Made by a program: the position numbers and the translations under genes | Origin: Eledone cirrhosa | Lineage: Eukaryota | DNA: 64,000 nt | Direction of reading: 5' to 3' | NCBI GenBank assembly: GCA_964016885.1 | Contig: OZ024740.1 | Coordinates: 325,314,001 to 325,378,000, forward strand | The notes under the pieces: generated by a model | Database searches by the model: none | What the model was told of the DNA's origin: nothing | What the model saw: the letters and a program-made list of their open reading frames with translations, nothing else | Part shown: in pieces, positions 19,673 to 34,740 of the stretch | Numbering within the stretch: position 1 is the stretch's first letter | How the letters are laid out: each line of letters opens with the position of its first letter

Positions 19673-19919
19673 AACAAACGTTAAGACAGTGTTGTGTTAT
19701 GACATAGTATAATATCCTGTTATGCGCATTACTGCAACGCTAGCGTGTTGCTGTTAAGTAATCGTAACTTAGCTTGGCATGGCCTCATCTGACAGTATTC
19801 TGTATCTAAGTAGAGGTTACACAAGTAAAATTATAAAGATGTTGATATGATTCAACAAGAGTCACATCTTTGGCGTGTATTCACTTAACATATATACATA
19901 TATATAACGGAACAATCTA

Positions 19920-20175
19920 TGCTTTAAATTAACGTGACTGAGCCCACCACTACACCTCACTCTTAACGTGGTTCTCGAGGAAATTCAGTGTGATAGAGTG
20001 TTGGAAAAGCCTGGCTGTTTGAATGACAGGTACAACTAATCTGTATGTCAGTTGGATGGATTGGAGCAACGTGAAATAAATTGATTTATTCAAGGAAACA
20101 ATGCGCCGCCGGAAACCGAGCTCTTCGCCTTGCAACCTTCAATTGAACACCTTAACCACTAAGTCATGCAGATTC
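19920..20175 (-). mobile_element. Diverged tRNA-derived SINE
   Basis: Similar to 23238-23540 and to the SINE head at 59601. Confidence 0.55.
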
Positions 20176-20606
20176 ACCAGAGCAGCAAACTCTTTTGTCT
20201 GTTAAACAGATTATCTCCTCATTTGCTTTCTGTCATTTCAAATAAACACTTTCAAGACGTTGTTTGTTTTGCTTTCAAAATGACAAAACACTAAAATGGC
20301 TTCTGACATTTCTACGCCATTTTCTCTCTATCTACTTTTTTTTTTATTATTCACCTCTCCATTTCTAAATGGGTGCGAGCGCATGCATATGTATATGTAT
20401 ATACGTATTTATGTATATATATATATATATATAGATATATATATATATATATATATACGTGTATCTGAGTGTGTGTGTATGTATCTATGTATGTGTTATA
20501 TATATACATGTATGCATGTATGTATGTATGTGTGTATAGGCTAATGACTGTGCCAAGAATGTAGTTTTGCTCGGACCTGACTCGGCAACCGTTATATATA
20601 TGCATG

Positions 20607-20701
<95 letters not shown>

Positions 20702-20761
20702 GCATGTATATATACATACATGCGTACATACACACACACACAGACTCGGACACACACACAA

Positions 20762-20865
<104 letters not shown>

Positions 20866-21096
20866 GGAGAGAGGGAGAGAGAGAGAGAGTGAGTGAGAGA
20901 TGTATATATGTATATGTTTGTATGTATGTAGTTATTTCTGCATATGTGTGAGTGTATGTTGGGGACATAGATGTAATTTGCAGTTCAATTTGTTTATTAC
21001 TTTATTACATTAGGGACAGGATAAGACAATTATAATGTTATTCTATTATGGTGGTGGAAAATAAGAAAATATTTATATGAACCTATCGGAAGGTGT

Positions 21097-21141
<45 letters not shown>

Positions 21142-21146
21142 CATAC

Positions 21147-21192
<46 letters not shown>

Positions 21193-21197
21193 CATAC

Positions 21198-21257
<60 letters not shown>

Positions 21258-23237
21258 TGTGTGTGTGTGCGTGGATGGGGTGATTGTGCGTGTGTGGCTA
21301 TGTCTGAATTAAGGGTAATATAATGTTTAAATGTGTTTTTATCCTGTCAGAGTAGAAAGACAATATTAACAGACAAAATGCCCCAGTCGACATCAATTAC
21401 TATCAACTGTCCCAAAATTATACTTGTTGGAACTGCCAGAACAATAGTTTCCTTTTAGAAAATGGTGATAGAATGGCAGAAATGAGGTATGCCAGAGTAA
21501 ATAACTTTTAGAACTTAACTATGTTTTTATATGTACTGATGGAAAAGCGTGACTTAATAGCAAGGGTATTCAACGTCGGATGTTAATGGTTGAATATCCG
21601 ATTCTCGGAATGACCGACGTGTTGCGTCTTTGAGCAAGGCTCTCTATTTAAAGCAGCTCCAATCCATTCAGTTGCGATAATACTGGTGCTCTAAGTTTCT
21701 TTGTATCAATTAAACCGAGATAATCTCCACTTTGATGAGCATCTGGGTTTGAAGTAGAGCTTAACTCTTTTCAATTATACGTTCTAAATTCGATTCATTT
21801 CTCAGTCAATTTATTATTTTATATTTATTGGATCGATAAAAATGATTACCCAATATGTAATGACGGGAATTAAGTAAAACATTATCCCCATGTGCGAAAT
21901 GTGTGGCCTTCTGACAAAGTTAGAAATCTTTACTCGTGAGGAAACGAGGCTGAACACAGCAATGGAAAGCTTAGAACTCTGTCAGAATTCATTAATGTAA
22001 AGGTTAAAATAACCTAACAATTGTTTCGATTCTTGATTTCATTTTTATACAATATTCCATCTTTGGAAAAGTTGTGAACATTTGTTAAATCAAATTCTCT
22101 CGTCTGGTAGGGAATGGTTTGTTCCTGGCCAACCGTAACCAATATATTGATATTTCAGAAAGACAAAATAAAAGGTGTTGGATGGTGTATGAGTAAGAAT
22201 GCTGTAAAAATAACTTGCTGTGAGTTCAAATCCTCATCAGGTCAACGTCGTCGTTTATCTTTCCAAGATAGCTGAAATAAAATAACAATCAATTACTATA
22301 TAATCAATTGGTTACCTTTCCCTAAAACGTGTGGCCTTGTGCCTCTATTAGAAAGTATTAGGTGCAGTGGATTGAGAGAATCTTACTCAGGTTAACGTAA
22401 TCGGCTATCCCATCTTTTCAAATTTCTGGCTTTGGATGTATTTTCAAAAACGATTATTTCAATTATAAAAATGGTAAAGAATTTGGCAGATGGTGTTAAG
22501 CTGCAGCTTCATATAATTTATTTGCTTGCTTCAAATCCTAGGCGGTTGACTAACCTTCTCGTGCAACTAGAGATCAGTGAAATAAAAACTCTTTGAGCAA
22601 AAGATCAACCAGATGTAACTATCATGTCTCTTAAAAGGTATTTATAACTACATTATATTATGCATCATTTCCGTATTTATAAAAGCAGGGTGGGATATGA
22701 AGGAGTTTTAGCTGCTACTTCTAGAATGTGCAGTGAGCACGTAGATGAGCCGTCGTTGACTGCTTGCTCCCTGCAATATATACTGATTGATTTAGTAGCC
22801 AATAACTTTCCTCTACAAACATCAACTTTGTGCCTGAAAAATCAATATAAATTGATTAATGTTCATTAGCCCCAAGGTATATTCCAATGAATCGCTTCAA
22901 GAGATTCTACTTTGGTTTCCAGTTAGGATTACAGCCTTTCGTTTCATGGTTATCTGCCATTCTCTAATAGAATAGGGTGCGGAAATTTTGGGAAGTATGA
23001 AGATTAAAAGCTTAAGTAGACTGCAATAGGTCTAACAAGTAAACAGGAACTACATTCTGCTCTCAGCTTCATACGTATATCATTTAATAATTTATTCTAC
23101 TTAACAAAGTCTACTGCAATTACCTTTAATATACTGGTTCACATTTTATTGAGCCCTGGAGTAATAATATATGTATACGATCCCAGAAATATTTGAATTC
23201 AAACGTACTGAATGTTGTTTTTAAATCTCGGTTGATT

Positions 23238-23540
23238 ACTACGACGAGTGTTTCAGTCGTTCGATCAACGCAGCACTCTGCTAGTGAAATCAATCTGTAA
23301 GTGGCTGAGCATTCTTCAAATATTGGTACCTTTAACATAATTCTCATGGTGATTCTGCGTGATACGTTGAATAACAAGACTGCCCCTTTGAATAACAGAT
23401 ACAACATATTTTTACAAGATGAGTGGACTAGAGCAATATCAAATAGAACTTCTTACACGCGAACTCAATACGGCCCCGGGAACCAATTTCATGATCTTAC
23501 GATTGAGAAACAAACATGTTCACTACTAAGTTTACCTTCA
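23238..23540 (-). mobile_element. Diverged full-length tRNA-derived SINE
   Basis: Head resembles 59601 (tgaagg..tagtg..atcgtaag). Body resembles 30160-30340 (ctcagccactta..atttcac). Confidence 0.6.
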
Positions 23541-24316
23541 CAGTAAATCTGAACACTTTAATATTTTCGACAGTTTAGTCAGTCTTAATCAATATTCAAT
23601 AAGATGTCAATTAGACGTATTTAAGGCGTAAACATTTTAATAAATGTTCACTTAATAAACATTTTCGAGCTATAATAGTGCTCTACGTCTACTTGAAGAA
23701 TTGTTAACTATGACAAAAGGGTGTTGATTTTCTAGCTCAAGGTTTGAGGTTTGGTATCGTAGATAATGCGGTTAGAGAAGGTGCCTTGTTATGCGGTTAG
23801 AGAAGGTGCCTTGTTATTGGCGCCTTACATTTAGTTTGGTAAGTTGACGAATCTCGTTTTTGACATTTCTTCTCTGACCACACTAAGAACATTACTAAGC
23901 CTGAATTGTTTACTCCCATCAAATCAGGTATCAGGTCATGATATGGATGTTTCCATGACTTTAGATATTTTTAGAACGCCGCTACGCGGCACACGTTTAA
24001 AGATTTGTTCATTCATAACAGAAAATTGGTATGAGTTAAAATCACGCGAAGGTCAATTTTGCCTTTTTACTTTAGAGGCTCATTAAAAATAAGCACCAAT
24101 TCAGTACTGAGGTCGATTTTTTCCTCTATTTATCTTCTCACTTTTCCTCTCCCCATCTTTCTCTCATTTTCTGAAAGAAATCGACTGTGTTTAGATCTGA
24201 AGAGGGGGTGCGCTCCACCAGGGTTAAAATGCCCAAGGGTCGCTGTATATCACTAGGGCGTTTGAACATCTCCATCCAGAGTTACAGGTCCGCACACACA
24301 CACACACACACACACA

Positions 24317-24434
<118 letters not shown>

Positions 24435-24547
24435 ATGAAGAACCTCTCCTATATCTTGTAATGGAAGGTCATTCTATAGCTTGCAGATAAATCTGAAGAT
24501 AGTTTTCATCAAAAGAAAATAGAAAATATATATATTCATGCATATTG

Positions 24548-24965
24548 CAGGAGTGGCTGTGTGCTTACGTAGTTCAGTTCACAATATAGTTTGGTGTTTA
24601 ACCCACTGAGTGCCACATTGGACGAGTGTCTTCTACTATAGTCTTGAGTTGACTAATGCTTTGTGAGTAAAATATTTTAGACGGAAATATCAGAAGCCCG
24701 CCGCGTATGAGTTAGTGTGTAGATGTAGGTGTGTGTGTGTGTATGTGTATGTGTGTATGTGTATATGTGTGTGTGTGCGTGAATGTCTGTCTGTATGTCT
24801 GTGTTTACGTGCCGTATCTTATCAGTTCGACGACAAATAAGTGATCAACAAAATATTAACCAGACTTAAAAAAGGTAAATACTGGGAATTGATACGATCG
24901 ACTAAAACTCCTACAAGCTGGTACCCAACATGGCCACAGTCTAATGACTGAAACCGGTAAAAGAA
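24548..24965 (+). mobile_element. tRNA-derived SINE with internal (TG)n
   Basis: gcaggagtggctgtgtg..ccactg..gtgtcttctactatag..gacggaaa. Related copies at 28045 and 29876. Confidence 0.65.
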
Positions 24966-25091
24966 TAAACGAATAAAATATATTAGAATATATTTGAAAT
25001 ATCTAATAATATTTACTGGCGTGCAATGCTTTATAAATCCTATGTTTGAAGATATTTCTCAGATCAAAAGAAAATATAATTATATGTATGT

Positions 25092-25197
<106 letters not shown>

Positions 25198-25366
25198 TCT
25201 GTAAATATTTTTCAGATATTACCTTAGTTCCCACGTATTCTACAACAACCTGATTTGTTTCAGATCTTATAACACCAGGGAAATTATTTCATTACGTATA
25301 CCTTTAGCGTTTTCTATTCCTTCTCTATTTTGTTTTATTCTTATGTTATTATATATATATATATAT

Positions 25367-25415
<49 letters not shown>

Positions 25416-25654
25416 TAAACATATTTATATATGTATGTGTGTATTTCATTTTTATTCTATTTTATTCACTACATTTTGTTTCTTTTAGCAAAAAATCAAA
25501 TTAGATAATGTTAGATAATATTCGTTTGAATCGAAAAATAAATTTTTAAGACATGCATTTTCAGAACCAATAGGAATAGATTTGTAAAGAACAAAACAAA
25601 CACAAATAAATAAATAAATACATCTGATACACATACAGAATCATGGTTATACAA

Positions 25655-25750
<96 letters not shown>

Positions 25751-25817
25751 GTGTATATATATTTATATGTACATACATACATATATATGTATGTACATAT
25801 ACATATATATATATGTT

Positions 25818-25900
<83 letters not shown>

Positions 25901-25901
25901 T

Positions 25902-25940
<39 letters not shown>

Positions 25941-26329
25941 ACGTATATATATATATATATCTACCAAACAGTTGCACACAGTCCTAAACAAAATCATGAT
26001 ATAGATGTTCACACACACTCATAAATGGGGGTCTATACATACATACATACATACATACATACATACATACATACATACATACATACATACATACATACAT
26101 ACATACAAATAGAGCGATAGAGATAGAGTGGAAAATAAATAGAAAGATGTGTAAAATGTCATTTGAAATATGTTAAAAAGTATTTATTACACCCCTCCTC
26201 TTGAAACCTGTCACCATGAATAGGGTGTACCAATCAGCGGAGAGGAAGGACTGATCAGTTTTTTATAACTCAGATACAATCTACTACACAATCAAACATT
26301 TCCCTCTGTATATATAACGCGTGTGTGTA

Positions 26330-27000
26330 ACTGTATGTGTGTATATAGATATATGTGTATGCTGCTGGGTGTTTCTATATCTAGTTATGTATGTGTGTAT
26401 GTAGATATGTGTGTATGTAGATATGTGTGTGTATCTAGTTATGCGTGTGTGTAGCTGTGTATGTATCTAGTTATTTGTGTATGTAGTTGTGTGTTTGTAT
26501 CTCGTTTAGTGTGTATGTAGCTGTGTGTTTGTGTCTAGTTATGTGTGTATATAGATCTGTGCGTGTGTGTCTAGTTATGTGTGTATGTAGATCTATGTGT
26601 GTGTATATATTTATATATATAGTTATGTGTGTATGTAGATATGGTAGATAATATATGTGTGTATATCTAGTTATGTGTGTATGTAACTGTATGTGTATCT
26701 CGTTTAGTATGTATGTAGCTGTGTGCTTGTATCTAGCTGTGTGTGTATGTAGATATATGTGTGTGTGTGTATCTAGTTATGTGTTTATGTAGATATGTGT
26801 ATCTAGTTAGGTGTATGTGTAGATATGTGTGTGTGTATCTAGTTATGTTCGTATGTAGCTGTGTGTTTGTATCTAGTTATGTGTGTATATCTCCTTTATT
26901 GTGTATGTAGCTGTGTACATCTAGCTATGTATATATGTAACTGTATGTGTATCTAGTTATGTAGGCGTATAGTTGTGTGTATGTGTATAGTTGTATATGT
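26330..27000. repeat. Minisatellite, unit about gtatctagttatgtgtgtatgtag
   Basis: Many imperfect tandem copies. Confidence 0.85.
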
Positions 27001-27073
27001 CTTTAATTTTGTGTGTATGTACTTGTGTATATACAACATCTGTATACACTTGTGTGTGTGTGTAATATTAATA

Positions 27074-27500
27074 TTTCATTTAATAATGGTTTCTGATTTA
27101 GGCACAAGGCCAGCAATTTTTGGGGAGGGGGAAAGTCGATTAAATCGACCCCAGACCATGACTGGTACTTTATTTTATCGACGCCGTAAGGATGAAAGGC
27201 AAAGTTAACCTTGGCAGGTTTTGAACCCAGAACGTAAAGGGGCGTAATTATATGCCGATTGTTTCATTTAATAATGATTGGCAGTATCGGTAGAGCGCCA
27301 GACAAAAGCTTTGCGGCATTTAGTTGCGACATTCTTTCTACGTACTGACTTCAAATCCCGTCGAGTTCAACTTTGTCTTTCATCCTTCCGGGCTCGATAA
27401 AATAAAGTACCAGTAATGTACTGGGTCGATAGAGGCGACTTTTCGTTCCCCAAAATTACTGATCATGTATTAATGTTAGAAAGAATTATTTCATTTAATA
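27074..27500. mobile_element. Divergent (head-to-head) pair of tRNA-derived SINEs
   Basis: Minus copy about 27089-27260, plus copy about 27277-27488. tttcatttaata occurs at 27074, 27262 and 27489. Confidence 0.8.
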
Positions 27501-28044
27501 TGTTTGAGTAAAACGCCTTGATATCAGTAAGGTTTAGAGTCTGTTTAAAGGTTGTTGTTTTATTTAACAGACATCTGTTACACAGATCTTTATATATTCA
27601 ACATATCTTTCCTTTGTAAAGAATGTAAATAGTAATAATAATAATAACAATAATAATAATAACAAAACAATAAAAAGAAAGATGGTGGACTAAACACCGA
27701 GAGAAAATTGTTTTAGAGACAGATAAGCTATTAAATTCAAGCGTGGAATGGTATGAGCATCATGGTGTAAAAGGTTTCGGATTCCAATTCAGAGGATACT
27801 GATTCAGTAGAAAACAACAGCTGAAGTCTAGCTTTGATATTTGGTCAGATGTGAAATGTTGCTAAAGTTTTCAGTCAAACATGAGACCGTTTCGATAAGC
27901 ACAGATCTGAGAAATTCCTGGTTTAGGATGCCACGTGCTATGTTAAAGGATTGCTGGTTTATCTAGCTGTGTTTTTGAAGTTCGTATAACAACAGTAGGC
28001 TTAAAATCTGAATAAGTATAAAGCTGAAGAAAAAAAAGTAATAC

Positions 28045-28215
28045 ATGGGGGCATGGTTGTGTGGTTAAGGAGTTTGCATGACAACCACCTGGTTTTAGGT
28101 TCAGTACCGCTGCGTGTTACTTTGGACAAGTGTCTTCTACTAAAACTTTGGATTAACCAATGCCTTGAGACTTAAATTTGGCAACTGGAAGCTACAGAAT
28201 CTAGTCGTATATAAT
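28045..28215 (+). mobile_element. tRNA-derived SINE 5' part
   Basis: Homologous to the head at 24548. Confidence 0.6.
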
Positions 28216-28265
28216 ATCCATATATGGTTGACTGCTGAGAGAAAAAAGTCGTCAATACCGACGTG

Positions 28266-28313
28266 CTTGTCTGTTGACCCTTTGGTAAACTGGCAAAACT
28301 CCAGAGTAACAAG
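28266..28313 (+). ncRNA. Decayed type I hammerhead
   Basis: cttgt CTGTTGA ..ggc AAAA ctccagag TA acaag. Shares downstream actcact.t.agcct with the 5717 copy. Confidence 0.5.
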
Positions 28314-28341
28314 ACTCACTGTTTAGCCTCAATAGAAACGA

Positions 28342-28379
<38 letters not shown>

Positions 28380-28411
28380 AGGTTATGAAGTTGTGTCGGG
28401 GGGGGGGGTTA

Positions 28412-28500
28412 CAAAAGGGGCTCAATACGTTAGTAGAGAATAGACATCTTTATTATATATAAAGATGTCTATACTCTACCAACGTATTGAGTACCTTTTT
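28412..28500. repeat. Hairpin (fold-back) of pLTR-like sequence
   Basis: ctcaatacgttagtagag..agacatctttat / ataaagatgtct..ctctaccaacgtattgag. The motif tatactct..gtattgagtacctt recurs at about 54145-54170. Confidence 0.75.
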
Positions 28501-28709
28501 TAACTCTCGAAATATATGAACCAGCATGGTGTTATGAACCTCCATTCATTTTGAACCAACATCCATCGGAGTGGGACCCCAGAAACCTAATCACTAATGG
28601 GTATTCAAAATTATTAGCTGTGGTCCCCGTTTAAAACATAAGCTACTTGTATGAGTGGTCAGAAACGTATTGAATTTAGGAATGTATATACCATGTGTGT
28701 ATGTATATA

Positions 28710-28744
<35 letters not shown>

Positions 28745-28771
28745 ACATATATATATATATATATATGTATG

Positions 28772-28808
<37 letters not shown>

Positions 28809-29201
28809 TGATATATGGGGAGCAATCATATCAGCAGTGGTGTTGTCAGTTATTTACTGCTATTTGTCGACTGAGACTTGTAGTTTACGATGCGTTAAGT
28901 TCTGGCGTATGTCATGATGTCATATCATATATGATAAAAGAGGCGCCGGTTTTATAAAGGAACCTAACAAACTACTACTGCTGCTACTCCCGGTGGAAAT
29001 TGAACACGGCTTTCTCTTTGTATAGATTCTACGATTACTGCTTTAATTAAATTAGCAGCCGCCGAGAACTATGTAAAGTGAACTCTGTAGCGAAAACATT
29101 GAATTCTACATCAATCCATATATATATATGTCTATTAGTGGTCTGTGTGCGCGCATGTGTGTGTGTGTGTGCGTGTGTTTGTGATTGTGTCTGTGTTTGC
29201 A

Positions 29202-29288
<87 letters not shown>

Positions 29289-29875
29289 TTATATACATAT
29301 ATATATATATATATATAAATATATATATTTGTAATTTTTTGATGTGGAATCTCTCATAGGCTTGCAATTATTTACATGATAAGATGAACTGTAGAAATTT
29401 GTAATATGAACTCTGGTTCCTAACATCATTGAATTCTTCTGTATCAATTCTTCAGTAATATAATTCTTGTGGATGGATCTCTTATAAGCCTGCATCATTA
29501 ACATGCTCTGTTAGTGAGGTAGGTTATTCACAAAAGTATTCAGTTATGAAATTCTGAAAATATTGGATTCTCGTTTTGATTGAATTTGCAAAGCTACATC
29601 TGAACATGCGATTATTCTCGTGGGGTCATTCTTCATTTAATGCTAATCTATTTTCTGACTATTTACCATCAGCATGAAGTATAGAGATAGCGATATTCAT
29701 CTATCGTAATAATTCTATACTAATAACACATCAGTGTGAGCTTTCATTGCATTGCGAGACATTGCCGTTTATATACCTAAAAATCTATATATCTTTTTCA
29801 CCGTATGAATATTCCGGAAGCTTGGAGAACGGCTTTATATTAGTATATACGGTTTATACGTTACACAGTGGAACA

Positions 29876-30340
29876 TAGTATGGCTGATTGGTTAGGGATC
29901 TTACTTCGCAATCATAGGATTCCTGGTTAGATCCCACTGCGTGACATTTTGGGCAAGAGTCACTAGTTTGACATAGTCACCGTTCGACATGAGCGTTTTG
30001 AGTGAAATTGGGTAGACATAGACTGTTTCGAAGCCTGTTGAATTGTCTGTAACTGTAATTCAAAGGGCCAGATCTGTTGCACACCGAGCCACCCGAAATC
30101 TCACTGAGATTTACGTTAAAATGCATGTCTGTGGAATACTCAGCCACTTACGGAATGTACCTGTAAATCAAAACGCCAGCCTTGTCATACTGTTTCACGC
30201 TGAATCTCCCTGAGAAATACGTTAAAAGTATATGTTTGTGTTTGGAATACTCAGCTACTTACATGATAATTTCACGAGCAGACTGTTCCATTGTACAAAA
30301 TAATAGGAACACTAATCGTTGGAACCGACGGAGGTCCATG
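29876..30340 (+). mobile_element. Composite SINE with a duplicated body segment
   Basis: tRNA-like head, then two diverged copies of ctgtaa.tcaaa..tacgttaaaa..ggaatactcagc.actta at about 30048 and 30161. Confidence 0.6.
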
Positions 30341-30544
30341 ATACACACATGCATGCTGACAGAATCACCGCAATAAATATATATACAACACATAACGAGG
30401 AATCGATGTAGTCAACTACTGTATCCTTGAAGTATGAATAAATTAAAGTAAAATGGATGATATATTTAAAATATAAATTGTATGAAAGAGCGAATTAGTT
30501 GTGGTTATGTGGCGGTTGATTAAAAGAAAACGCTTTAGATGTGA

Positions 30545-30615
<71 letters not shown>

Positions 30616-30732
30616 GTATATATATGTGTATATACATATGTATATATATGTATATATACATATATATATATAAATATATATAAAGAGAGTATGAGAGTGA
30701 TGCAGATATATATGTATAGATATGTAGATAAG

Positions 30733-30803
<71 letters not shown>

Positions 30804-30860
30804 GTGCTTATCTACATGTACGCAAAGACACATATGTATAATTAAATTTATGTATATACA

Positions 30861-30931
<71 letters not shown>

Positions 30932-31008
30932 ACATGCATATATGAATACCGATATACATATATATCTGTATATATATATATATGTATATATATCTATATA
31001 TCTATCTA

Positions 31009-31053
<45 letters not shown>

Positions 31054-31056
<3 letters not shown>

Positions 31057-31102
31057 TCCTGATGATTTCAAATGAATGAAACAGTTCTAGTCCTGTAGAA
31101 TC
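31054..31102 (+). ncRNA. Type I hammerhead ribozyme, almost the entire 67-bp insert in (TA)n
   Basis: gattc CTGATGA tttca aa tgaat GAAA cag ttctagtc ctg TA gaatc. Confidence 0.8.
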
Positions 31103-31115
31103 TCATCTATATTAA

Positions 31116-31165
<50 letters not shown>

Positions 31166-32131
31166 GTATACATATATATGTGTGTGTGTGTGTGTGTATT
31201 TATACACACATATATACGGTAAGTTATTCTACAACCACTGTCGAGATTGAACAGAAGGTTATTACTCGACATTGGATTTTATAATAAAATTCAAAATATT
31301 TCACGCTATTATACATATCTTGTCGTTATGAAGAACTTCGGTTGACACAGCAGGTAGGAAACCATTGCTAATATATTGATATTCATAGTTCTGAGATAAA
31401 ATCACATTAGAGCCAATTTAATTCTATAGTAAATATGTATATTTACATTTGTTATATAACCGGTGAATTGACGCAGGCGGTAGAAATTCGGATAGAATGC
31501 TTTGTAGTATGTCTCAGCTCTCTGTTTTCTATGAGTTCCAATCCCGCAGTGGTTAATAAAAAAAAAAACGTACCAGGTGTGTACTTGAGACGATTCCTTC
31601 TCTCTCTCTCTCTACTTGTCTCTCCCCTCTCTCTCTCTCCCTCTTCCGCCTCTCTCCCTCTCCTCCCTCCTCATGTATGTCTTCCTCTCTCTCCTTCTCC
31701 CTCTCTCTCCTTTTCCCTCTCTCTCCTTCTCCCTCTCTCCCCTTTTCCCTCTCTCTTCTTCTCCCTATCTCTTCATACATTCCTCCCTGTCTCTCCCCCG
31801 CTTTCTCTCCTTGTCGCTCTCTCTCTTTCTCTTTCTCTCTCTCTCTTTCTTTTTCTCTCTCTCTCCTGTTCTCTCTCTCTCTCTCTGGAAGTAATCAACT
31901 GTGCCAAAAACTAGAAAGGTGATGGTCTTCGCTAGGTTTAAAGTGCACAAGAAACGCCTTTTAGGCATTATGGGCCGCTATTAGGCGTTATGGGTCCATG
32001 CATACACATACTTGTCATATATGCAGTTTTACTATAAAAATGACAACAATAACAACAAAGAAGACATCAATGGCAACAACAACTTCATTAGTAGCCACAA
32101 TATCAGCACCGAAAATTACTACAACTTCATC

Positions 32132-32260
32132 ATTATTTTTATGTTAGAGGTTAACTTTACCTTTCATCCTTACGGGGTCGATAAAATAAAGTACCAGTAA
32201 TGTACTGGGATAATTGCTGGCCTTGTGCCAAAAGTAGAAACAATTATTTTTATGTTAGAG
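32132..32260 (+). mobile_element. 5'-truncated SINE with 18-bp TSD
   Basis: attatttttatgttagag on both sides. Body is the same family as 18453. Confidence 0.8.
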
Positions 32261-33579
32261 TAAGTAATGCTACAGCTGTTACAATAACAACAAAGACAGC
32301 AACAATAACAACAATAACACCAATATTAGCACTATCGTTATCTTTACGATTCAGCTGCCCACTTTTGCTCTGTTAATAAATCTGTAACGTTATCCCCCTA
32401 ATGTAGTAACCATCTCAGTATGAATGTCCTTAAGGGCTAAACCCTTTTTCTGCTACTTGATAACACCAGGATGCTAAATTTTGTCCATTTTCCAGAGAAG
32501 TCGCTACTTTTGAAGCCTTCTTTGAACATTCAAATATCAGTTTACCTGGAGGAAAACAATACAGTTACTAATAAGAAGAATTGAAATTTATGCATGCAAT
32601 ATTTCACAGACCTAGCATCACTCCTTCATAGTCAGCCTTTCAACTGTTCAGCCCACCCTTGTATATTCCATGGCCCCTTGACTCCGAATTAAGTTGTAGG
32701 AGTATTTTAAACTTAGTGGAGCCCATCTCCCTCCAAATCTGCTCACAGCCGTCTTTTTTTTTTTTTCAGAGAAAAATAGAAAGAAAAATAGAGGAGAATG
32801 TGATCTCAGTTTTAGACTGGTACTTTACTAATCGACCTTGAAATGATGAAAACCAACGTTGACTTTGGCGAGATTTGAACGCAAAGATCCGTAACTAGTC
32901 CCTTAAAGAATTCTACCCGACTGTCGAACGACTCTACCAATGCGCTGCCTATATTACAACAGCTAATACTACAACGGCAACAGCAATATCAACAACAACA
33001 ATAACAACACCAGCAGCCACAGTAAACAACACTATTTGGAGATATTATTGATAGTTTCTTACATCAAGCTTTCGTATACTAATCTTCGAAAAATAAATTT
33101 AACCCAGCAAAATTAAATTAAATAAATTTATGAACTCAGAACTCGGTGAAATCGAAATGGTAGAATAAAACTATGGAAGGAAGGTTGAGGAAAAAAAGAA
33201 ATATTTTTATTTAGAAGACAAAAAAATAATAAAAACTAAAACGAAAAAACAGAAAAGAGGAGACGAAGATGAAACCATTTTTAAAAGAATCGTTGTTTCA
33301 TACCTAAAAAAAATAATATTATTATTGATAATAATAGTAAGGCTTTTACATGAAGAAATCGCATCACTTTACGAGCTGAGAAGGTCACGTGATGGAAGAA
33401 ATTACAAAAATGGTGGAAAGTGGAAACAAAGAATGTCAAATGAACAGTGGGAATCATGGCAAAATAATCGGATTATTGAGGGAAAGCTGGGAGAGGAAAT
33501 AAATTCCATTTTAGTCTGTTTCAGCTTTTACTTTGCAGTTGCAGCCATTGATGTTGTTGTAGCGTTGATGGCGTTGTTG

Positions 33580-34740
33580 TAGTTGTTGTTGTTGTTGTTG
33601 GCGGTGGTGGTGGCGGTGGTGTTTGTGTTGGTGTTGGTGGTTGTGCTGGTGTTGGTGGTTGTGATGGTGGTGGTGTTAGTGTTGTAGTTCATGTGATGGT
33701 GGTGGTGGTGGTGGTGGTGTTGGCGGTTGTGGTGGAGTTGGTGGTCGTGATGGTGGTGGTGTTAGTGTTGTAGTTGATGTGATGTTGGTGGTGGTGGTGG
33801 TGGTGTGTGTGGTTGTGATGGTGGTGGTGTTAGTGTTGTAGTTGATGTGATGGTGGTGGTGGTGTTGGTGGTTGTGATGGTGGTGTTGTTAGTGTTTTAG
33901 TTGATGTGGTGGTGGTGGTGGTGGTGTTGGTGATTGTGATGGTGGTGGTGTTAGTGTTGTAGTTGATGTGATGGTGGTGGTGGTGGTTATGGTGGTGGTG
34001 GTTGATGGTGGTGGCGTTAGTGTTGTAGTTGACGTGATGTTGGTGGTGGTGGTACTGGTGGTTGTGATGGTGGTGGTGTTAGTGTTGTAGTTCATGTGAT
34101 GGTGGTGGTGGTGGTGGTGTTGGTGGTTGTGGTGGAGTTGGTGGTCGTGATGGTGGTGGTGTTAGTGTTGTAGTTGATGTGATGTTGGTGGTGGTGGTGG
34201 TGGTGTGTGTGGTTGTGATGATGGTGGTGTTAGTGTTGCAGTTGATGTGATGGTGGTGGTGGTGTTGGTGGTTGTGATGGTGGTGGTGTTAGTGTTGTAG
34301 TTGATGTGGTGGTGGTGGTGGTGGTGTTGGTGATTGTGATGGTGGTGGTGGTGTTAGTGTTGTAGTTGATGTGATGGTGGTGGTGGTGGTTATGGTGGTG
34401 GTGGTTGATGGTGGTGGCGTTAGTGTTGTAGTTGACGTGATGTTGGTGGTGGTGGTGCTGGTGGTTGTGATGGTGGAGGTGTTAATGTTGTAGTTGATGT
34501 GATGGTGGTGGTGTTGGTAATTGTGGTGGTGTCGGTGGTTGTCATGGTGGTGGTGTTAGTGTTGTAGTTGATGTGATGGTGGTGGTGGTGTTGACGTTGT
34601 GGTTGATATGATGGTGTTGGTGGTTGATTTGGTGGTGGTAGTGGGGCTGGTTGTGATGGTGGTGGTGTTAGTGTTGTGGTTGATGGTGATGGTGATGGTG
34701 GTGGTGCTGATGGTGGTGATGGTGGCGTCAGTGGTGTTGG
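33580..34740. repeat. GTG-rich minisatellite (ggtggtggtgttagtgttgtagttgatgtgat)
   Basis: About 20 imperfect units with longer-range duplication. Confidence 0.9.

Noticed and set aside
29330-29730. Possible very old RLE-LINE 3' relic (also about 21340-21450, 27700-28000 and 33340-33500)
   Set aside because: Only faint motif resemblance, not supportable without an alignment.
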